Assembly: GCA_965153285.1 (NCBI GenBank)
Contig: OZ229115.1
Strand: one strand, 5' to 3'
Length of the DNA: 64,000 bases
Origin: Podarcis tiliguerta
Lineage: Eukaryota
Shown here: in pieces, positions 39,601-48,600 of the stretch
Layout: each line of letters opens with the position of its first letter
Position numbering within the stretch: the stretch's first letter is position 1
Made by a program: the position numbers and the translations under genes
Notes under the pieces: model-generated
What the model was told of the DNA's origin: nothing
The model's database searches: none
Seen by the model: the letters and a program-made list of their open reading frames with translations, nothing else

Positions 39601-42600
39601 AATAAATAAATAAAAATTAAAATATCTATGTGGGGCATTAGAGTTCGGCCTGGGCTCAAGAATGAAATCTTTTTTCTCTGGCAGCACACAGAAGCTTTGC
39701 TTTATGGGTTCCAGTCCATCGCAGAAACAATAGATGTAAACTACTCGGATGTAGTGCCTGGCCTCATTGGGCTCATTCCTCACATCAGCATCAGCAATGT
39801 GCAGCTTGCAGATACGGTTATGTTCACTATTGGTAAGAAGACTGGGTATGGGGAGGGAATGGGTGCTAAAAGGGAAGGTTAACCCAAAGAACCTCAGGCT
39901 GTTGAGGTTTTACAACACTATGGAACCAGCAGTCCATAGGCTGGATGTGGCCTGTAGGGCCTCTTCATCCAGTCCACAGTACCCTCTCCTTGCCCAAGCC
40001 TGTGCTACAATTAGGCTGCAAAAAGCCTTGTATTGTCTCTGCTATGTGTATATGTGTGCCAGCTTTGAGTGTGGCCAAAACAGAATGGGGCAATTTATTT
40101 TTTTACTCCCCCTCCCCAGCATGTAGCTCCCTGAAGGTTGGCAGTGAGGAAATGTGGCCCTTGGAATGAAAAGATTCCTAATGCCTGAAATTGGTGTGCA
40201 TTACCGTAGTCCATGTGGGGCTTCCTTGAGATGGTTTGGAAGCTATAGCTGGTGGAGAATGTTACAGCCAGTTTTTTGAATGGAGCACCTTGACGTGCAC
40301 ATAGTGCACCTGTGCTGAGGGAACTGCACTAGCTGTTTTTATGATCCTGTTTATTGCTGTATTTTTGTACGTTGCTTAGACCTTTAATGAAGTGGTTTAG
40401 TAATGCTTTTAAATAACTAAATACTGATGGGTGCTTCTTTGCTTTTTGTGGGCTGTACTGATAGCATTTGGCACATTAAACAGAGCAGCTCCTGGCTCTG
40501 CATTTTCTATCTTTCTAGGAGCACTTTCAGAGTGGCTGGCTGACCACCCTGTCATGATCAACAATGTCTTACCCCTGGTGCTACAGGCTCTGGGCAATCC
40601 TGAGTTGTCCATCTCTAGTGTCTCAACCCTTAAGAAAATCTGCCGTGAATGCAAGTATGACTTGCCTCCCTATGCTGCCAACATAGTTGCTGTCTCTCAG
40701 GTAACTGAAATAATGGTCTAAGGATACATGGTTTTATGAGACAATGGAAGTTTAAGTGACAGACTAGTTTTGAGCTGTATGTAAAGGAGAGATCATTCAA
40801 CAGGGCTTAAAGCAGTAGGAACATTCTGAGGAGGATATCTGCGTGTGTATGTGAGATTTAGTGGGGTAAATATTTATTGCACATTGTCAGAATGGGAATT
40901 CTGACTGCATGTATAAGTTAAAATAACTTGAATCTTAACAGTTTGAAGGTATGTGTACATTTGTTTTGGCAGCTGGCAGGGTGGGTTGACTTTGAGCTAC
41001 TTCTGCAGTGGAAATTTGGTCAAGATTCAGCTCAGCCTTCTGCTTAACTAAATGCTGTCTTTGGTTTACCCTTTACATTTCCTGCTAGAAGAGGAAAAAT
41101 TGTGCTTGCAGGGTGTGTGGAGGAAACAGAACTGTTGACCCTTGTTGCTGACATTATGGAGCTTGGGAGACAAGCTATATGAAACCGCTGCCTATAATGA
41201 ATCACTGATGACTACTTAACCATTATGAAGCATCCTTGAGAAGGGTTGGCTTTCACTGTAGGAGGGAGAGGGTGCTTATTGATTATTTATTCAGATATTT
41301 ATAAGCTGCATTTTAAGATCAAGCCCTCACCGGTATGTAAAAAGATTGATGCAAGATAACAATAGGTACAATAGGTACAGGTGTACAACTACTATGAGAA
41401 AGCTGCTCTGAATCATACAAGTCTTTAACACTCTTCAGGAAAAGCAGTAGAGAGCTTTTCAAGGCCCTCTTAAAAGCATGTATGGAAGGGGCCAAGCTTA
41501 AGTTAATCAGAAGGGAGTTAGCCTTCTCTTGCTTATCCACTTTTCCTTGAAATTTCATAGCGCCCATGCTCCAGATCAGTGTTTGTCTCCCAGAGTTGTC
41601 AGTTGATATTGTGGTTGGAGCATTGTTAAATGTTTCTGCTGTGGGGCGAGTACTCACTTTCTCACATCTTTCCTTCTATAGGATGTGCTAATGAAGCAGA
41701 TTCACAAGGTAAGATACTTATACTCCTCCCTGGTGCAGAGGGTCAAAGAGAGTACAGAATATATGATTACCTATCAAGTTATTATTTCTGAAGTATTGAG
41801 CATTCCAGTCAATGAGAGGAGGATTAGAGGAATTGGTGAAATTGGGTGCATGTCTCCCAAACAGAGTTTTGATCAGGGGTGGGGAATGTGTGACCCTCCA
41901 GAAGTTGCTGGCCATTGGCTTTGCAGGCAAGAACTGTTGGGAGTTGGAATCCAAAAGCATCTGTAGAGTCACACATTTTTCTTTCCTAGTTTAGATAGAC
42001 ATCCATTATGTTTCCAGGCATTCCAAAGCTGCATGAAAGAGTCTTATTTGTGTTTATCTGTGACTCAGGGCTCTGACAATGGCTATTTTGGTGCTAAGTT
42101 CTGGCACTAAACACAGGTTTCTGTGTTGAGACTTCCAGAAGGCATAGCTAAGACTTAAGCATTAGAGTTGACGAAGAATAGAGGGAGAATAAACTCCAAC
42201 TGAGATGTAGTGTAGCATGACTTTCTGAGGATAATAGGAGAAACTAAGAATGTTGTCCATCTTGTTCTGCCCCCAGACAAGTCAGTGCATGTGGCTGATG
42301 CAAGCTCTGGGCTTCTTGCTCTCTGCCCTCCAAGTGGAGGAGATTTTGAAGAATCTGCACTCACTGATTACTCCTTACATCCAGCAGCTGGAGAAGCTGG
42401 CTGATGAAACGGTGAGCTACTTCACTTGCTTGGTGGTGGCTGTTTGCCAACCTTCTTTTAAGAAAGAATAGAGCCTGTTGTGTGTAAAACTCTACTCTTC
42501 TTCTTGCAAGTTGTGCCTTGTTTTAACCATACCTCCCTGGTCTTGCAAGCCTCTCATTTCTTATCTCTGTCCTCTGGTTTTTAAATTCCTTCCCCCTGCC

Positions 42601-45600
42601 CTGTTTTCCATTATGGGTGAGAATTGGCTGGGGGTGGGGGGTGGGAATCAATCACTAGACTATGCTTCACAGTTGTGCTGTCCATTCTTGCTGCCAATCT
42701 GGGACATCTGATGTGAGTGGCCCATATCCTGGGTCTACTGTAACTGCTATAGTTGGCCTTGCCTTGCAGCCAAACCCCTCCAACAAGCTGGCCATCATCC
42801 ACATCCTGGGCTTGCTCTCCAACCTCTTCACCACATTGGACATCAGTCATCATGATGATGATCATGAGAGCTCAGAGGTCAAGAAGCTGCCGGTGCCTCA
42901 GGGCCCCAATCCGGTGGGTGTTACATGTGTCTGAGTAGTTCTTTTTATACATTAGGGCATACAACTCCATGTTTATTTGGCTGTGCCTCTTCCCTGCCAT
43001 GTAACTGTAGGCAGCTTCTTCTAACTTTTGAAGGGCAGTAGCATAGAATGGTTGAAGGGTTGTGAAAATAGCTGGTGTACAACATAGCACTGTGTGTGTG
43101 TTACTTTAACTATTGGAATGAGCCCGTGTAGATTAGCCACTTCATCACCGCAGATTATGAGCTTTTTGACGTGACTACTGAGTGATCAGGAGAGAGTTCA
43201 GAATGTCCCTTCAATTGTGTATATTTTCTTTGTGTTCGCTTTTCAAAAGAAGTGAGGGCAGCTGCACATCTGGTATTGTGAGACTTTTGAAAACTACTCT
43301 GGCATAATATGAGTTGTGGAGCAATCTCTAGAGAGGCCTCTAATACCATCTTTTCATCCCTGGATCTGAATGGTTGTGAGCTGTCTCCTCCTCCTCAAAC
43401 TGTAGTAGACCAAGCCAGTTTCATAATTATCTTCTATCTTCTTCCTCTAGGTAGTGATGGTGCTGCAGCAAGTCTTCCAGCTTATCCAGAAAGTGCTCAG
43501 CAAGTGGCTGAATGATGCCCAGGTTGTGGAGGTAATGCATCTTCTAGGTTAAATAACAAGCAACACTTTGCCCACATAGCTATAGTTAGATAGGAGATTC
43601 CCAGGTTGGCACTGGTGGTTGTTGGCAGAACTTGAAGAATGTATGTTTGTGATGTTGGATAAGTCTCTCTTTTCAGTTGATTCCCACATTCTGTTCAATT
43701 TGGTATTCTACTTTTAGGCTTAGGAGTTTGGCCGACCACGCCAAACTTACCTCACTGAACTGAATTGGAGGTGGGTGGGGGAAACTATATATGGCACCTC
43801 AGGCTTCTTTGAGGAAAGGTGAAGTACAGACTCAATAGATATTTAGCTAAGGAACAAGTTATTTAACCAGTCCTCCCTTGACGCAGCCCTTCCTCTTCCC
43901 ACAGTCTGTGTGCTCCATTTTTGAAAAGTCTGTGAAGACCCTCCTGGATGACTTTGCACCCATGGTGCCTCAACTGTGTGAGATGCTGGGCCAGATGTAT
44001 AGCACCATTCCACAGGCATCTGCCATTGATCTCACTCGACAGGTAAGTCTAAGTACTAGAATTCCTGGAAGCTACTAAGTTTACAATGGAGGCTGATTAC
44101 TCAACAGATTAATTCCTACCCACTTAGTATCTTTAGCTTGTCTCCTTTGTTTTGTTCAAGCACAGATATTGCTCAGAATGTGTTTTCTCCCATACACACG
44201 AATTGTGTATGCACATATCTGAGAAGCTACTGTAGTGTTCCTATACTAGCTGATCTCTGTCTCCTTTGCTGTGTTAGCAGCAAGGGTCTTGTTGATGTTT
44301 TTAGGCAAAGAACAGGCAGCTAGACTTACACGGGGGATAGCTAGGGGCTACAAATATGGGGTGGAATGGAATGGGTCAAACCAGACTGCTCTGGCTTCAG
44401 TCTCCTTTGTATTTTATATCCCCAGCTGGTTCACATCTTTGCCCATGAGCCTGCCCATTTCCCACCTATCAAGGCGCTCTTTCTGCTCGTCACATCAGTT
44501 ACGCTAACACTGTTTCAGCAAGGTACGTGTGCTTGGGCACCTTCAGTCTTGTGAGGCTGCCACGTTGAAAACTGCTGTTCCTGGTTTCAGCTGTTCAGAC
44601 TCGACTATAAGGTGTGTGCAGGTGGGGGGAGGGAACACCTTCCTCAGGTCATGGCTGTGCTCGTTCAGTTCCAAAAGCTTTTAGCTGGTACAGATGAAGA
44701 TGAAAAACTCTTGCTGAGGTGGACTCTCTGGCATGCTTCTCCTCAGGTATCAGTGCCTGAGTGGACAGTAGTGCTGCCATTTCCCCCTCTTCTCCTGTCC
44801 TTCATGACTGGAAATGTGCCCTCCCCGTGTCAGATTCCTGGGTTAGGGCCCCAAGAGGAAGATGAAGCGAGCAATCGGCTCTGAGTAGAAAGCAAGAATC
44901 ACTCAGGAGTGTGTTGTAATGTCTTTCAGTTAACCCCATCATGGCTCTTTATGGAGTCGACCATATTCATCAGGGTTGTTTTTTTCCTGTGGCCTAAATA
45001 AAACATTTGTCATGTGGACTCTGTATCCTATCTCCCTGGTTCTCCAGCTCAAAGGATTCCTTTTACAGCTTTGTGAAATTCCCAGCAAGTGTTTGGACTT
45101 GCCTTTGCATGGAACTGCCATATTGACTCCATGTTGACCCCAGCTGAGATGAAAAGCTTGGAATACATGTACAGATCCAGTCAGCATGGTTGGTGGGGTA
45201 TCTGCTTCCTTCTCCAGGTTCTTGTTTGAACTCAGAATTGATGGGGAGCAACTGGTACTTGGAGTGATGCCCTGTTACTGCCTGACTGGGTCAGGCATAG
45301 CCAACATGGAGGAAGAGAATTCTCAGATCCAGGAAAGCTTATGTGATAATAAATTTGCTAAATTTATAATGCCACAAGGCTTTCTGTTTTGTGGAATGGA
45401 AGTATGCTTACCAGCAACCACACTGGCCTTTCCCTGCAGAAAATGCCAGAAAGTTGGGTTCTTCCCAACTAGGCAGGCATGTGGACATGGGGTGTTAGGA
45501 AAATACTGTGTTGGGACTGTCCATCCGGCACTCTAGTGGATTTCCAATACTTTGTGCCTACTCCATGTCAATACTGGATTTGTTGTTTGACTCTGGAGTT

Positions 45601-48600
45601 GTCTTTCAGGACCAAGTAAATCATGATAACATGTATCCAGTTCAAATGTGCTCGTTCTCCACATGAAGCTGGTGTCCAGTTAGCTCCTGCTTCTCTCTTC
45701 CCTTGCTAGGGTGCAATGAGCTCTCCCCTTCCTATCCTTGGTGCTTGGCAGGGGACTCTGGGCACAGGCCTATTCCTTTGCACTTTCTTTCTGTTCTTGG
45801 GTTTCCAAGCTCCATGATTTTTGTATGTTTTGTTTCTTTAACTTGCTTCAAGCTGCTCATGTGCCTGCCCTCCTCAACCCACCCCCTTGCACCCTCCCCT
45901 TCCTTCCCTTACTCCTGTTTTCACTTGTAAATTCTTTCTGTATCACATAACTATATGATGTTGAGTTGCTGTTTGTATGATTTTTCTCTTCAGTTACATC
46001 TTTATTATATTTTTAGGGCCCAGGGATCATCCTGATATTGTTGATTCATTTATGCAACTCCTGGCACAGGTGTGTTTTAGTTTCTTATTCATTCACTTTC
46101 TGTTCTCTCTCTTTCTCTTTTTTAATTCAATTTAAACCTATTTTTAGCTTTCTGTTGACAACGTTTTTTCCTTTTAGTTGAATATCGAGTTTCTCCATCT
46201 GTTTCCGTGGAAGTTGAAAACAAAACATTCTCCTTTTTCATAGGTGTGAGTTTGCCCTTTCCATTCCCCAAGGGGCAATACCTAGTGATGCAACAAGGCT
46301 TGTAGGTTGGGTTTGTTTTCAGGTCATGTGGTGTGGCCTTGCCCAGGAGGGGGCTGCTGAAAAATGGTAAATGTAGTTCAAGAGCTCTGGCAGCAGCATT
46401 CCAGTCCTGGTATAGATCTGTGTGCTTTTCTGAAGTGACTCTGACTTCTTTACAAATGCTGGCAAGTCCATAGTTTCTGTTTATTAGGTAGGAGTGATGT
46501 ATTCAGTAACTTGGTGGATCTGGGAGGGGCAGCTGATCTAATGGGCAAGGATAGCAGATGAGCCTTAACTCCCGTGTTTGACCCCAAAACCCTTCTGCAC
46601 TCCAGCATTTCTGCCAAGGCTTCCTGTGTCTGGTGTTTTGTCCCGTCCCCCCCCCAGATTGTGCATCTTCCATAGAGCTCTGTCTCTAATGCTGTAATGA
46701 CATCATGCACAGGGCAGGGCAAAGCAGTGGTGGTGGAATACAAACAGGGGCTGGTGGGTATCATTCCCTCGAGTAAGTGAAGGATAAAGCACCCCCAGCA
46801 AGTGGATTTGAATGAGCAATCCCTAGACTGAAAATAAGCTGCAGCACTAAGAACTGATGGAGTAGAATGGGGTGGGATTTTATATATTGATCTCCTGACT
46901 GTAATAAGATGCTCTCTCGTTGGCTCTGGTTTATTGTTGCCTAATGGGGTTTCTGTATACTGTGATGGGGGAAGTGTCTGAGTGCTTAGCTCCCCCTTGT
47001 GGCAGTTAATACAGATGCAAATATGGGAGGCAATGTTGCTAAAAGGGACCCCTGACCATCAGCTAATACGTTACTGTAAATCTCGCACTTCTCTTCAGTA
47101 ACAAAGTAACGAACTTCCAGAAAATTCTGAAATTTTACAACAACAAATCGCAAGATTAAAATGCCACCCTTTAGAGTTCTTATTCTTGTTTTGTCATCAT
47201 GTTAAGGGGATGTCAGCTATCAATGTACAGTTAAATATCAAATACTGAAATCAGTTATAATTATATNNNNNNNNNNNNNNNNNNNNNNNNNNNNNNNNNN
47301 NNNNNNNNNNNNNNNNNNNNNNNNNNNNNNNNNNNNNNNNNNNNNNNNNNNNNNNNNNNNNNNNNNNNNNNNNNNNNNNNNNNNNNNNNNNNNNNNNNNN
47401 NNNNNNNNNNNNNNNNNNNNNNNNNNNNNNNNNNNNNNNNNNNNNNNNNNNNNNNNNNNNNNNNNNTGGCTAAATTGTTTATTGAAACCTGTATAGGTAT
47501 TAATATAATTTATTCTGCATGGCTTAATTTGCATCACTTTGGATATGAGCAAATGTTTCAGTAATGGAATACAAAGATGTGTGGGCTCAGACATTTGATT
47601 TAATTGGCCTTTTTATCTATTTCTATACTGATGGTTCACAATGCACTGTGTACTAAGCAAATCTGTTTCCACTTAGTTGGCTGTAACACATTGTGGGAGG
47701 AATTCAACATAGCACTATGGCAATCATTCTGTCAAAGCAAGCGCTTCATCTTGCCATATGGAATGATGCCCCTTTCTTCCTCCTGCAGGCTGTTTTGGGG
47801 GGTCTCCTGGCCCTTCTCCAGCCAATTTGGGTGCAGGGAGAGGGAAGAGCGGAGGCCCCATTGCTCTAGTTCCACTAGTGGGGCTCATTAGTTGAAACTG
47901 GCCCTCAATATGTAAAAATGTACTTGGAGGGATGCAAACAAACGAAACATTCTTTACTAGGGTGATGGAATAAAAATGATTTTTAAAACTTTAGAGTACT
48001 AGCAGTATTCTGTAGCAGTTTTAACAGTAGCATTTGCAATACAAGAGCCATTGAAAACCCTGAAGATTAACACCAGGCAGATATTTACCATTGCATGACA
48101 GAAAGGGACACAACATTGGATCATAGGAAGATGTCTTACACTAAGTCAAACCATTGGTCCATCTAGCTCAGTATAGCCTACACTGACTGGTAGTGGCTCT
48201 GCCAGGTTTCAGGCAGGGGACATCCCCAGCCCTACCTGCAAATGTTGGAAATTGTACCTGAGAGCTTCAGTGTGCAAGGCAGATGCTCTGCCACTGAATT
48301 ACAGCCCTTCCCCTAACTCTCTTTGTTCCTTCCACCTGGGTGATGAACAAGTGGACAATCAAGGCATGTAGAGTGGAAACTGAGAATTCAAAGCTTTGGA
48401 AGCTAGTCATTGCAGTGATTGGTATCCAGTTGCAGGTACAACAAGCAATACTTCTGCAGCCCCGGAAGATCGTGCTTCATTGACAAAGCACATACTTCAC
48501 ATAGCTATATAGGAGTATAAGTTGTTTAGGGCCCTCTTTGTTAATAGGTCTCACCTTGTTTTGTGAATGCCATGGTGGAGCAGATGTTTAGGTCCTTCAG

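Noticed and set aside
44930-45720. Extra exons or an internal promoter in IPO13 intron 14 (acceptor-like sites near 45068 and 45709)
   Set aside because: No convincing paired donors or coding signal; cannot be supported without RNA data
47238-47594. ORF spanning the N run, or a missing IPO13 exon in the gap
   Set aside because: Artefact of the assembly gap; exons 15 and 16 join in frame with no importin-13 sequence missing
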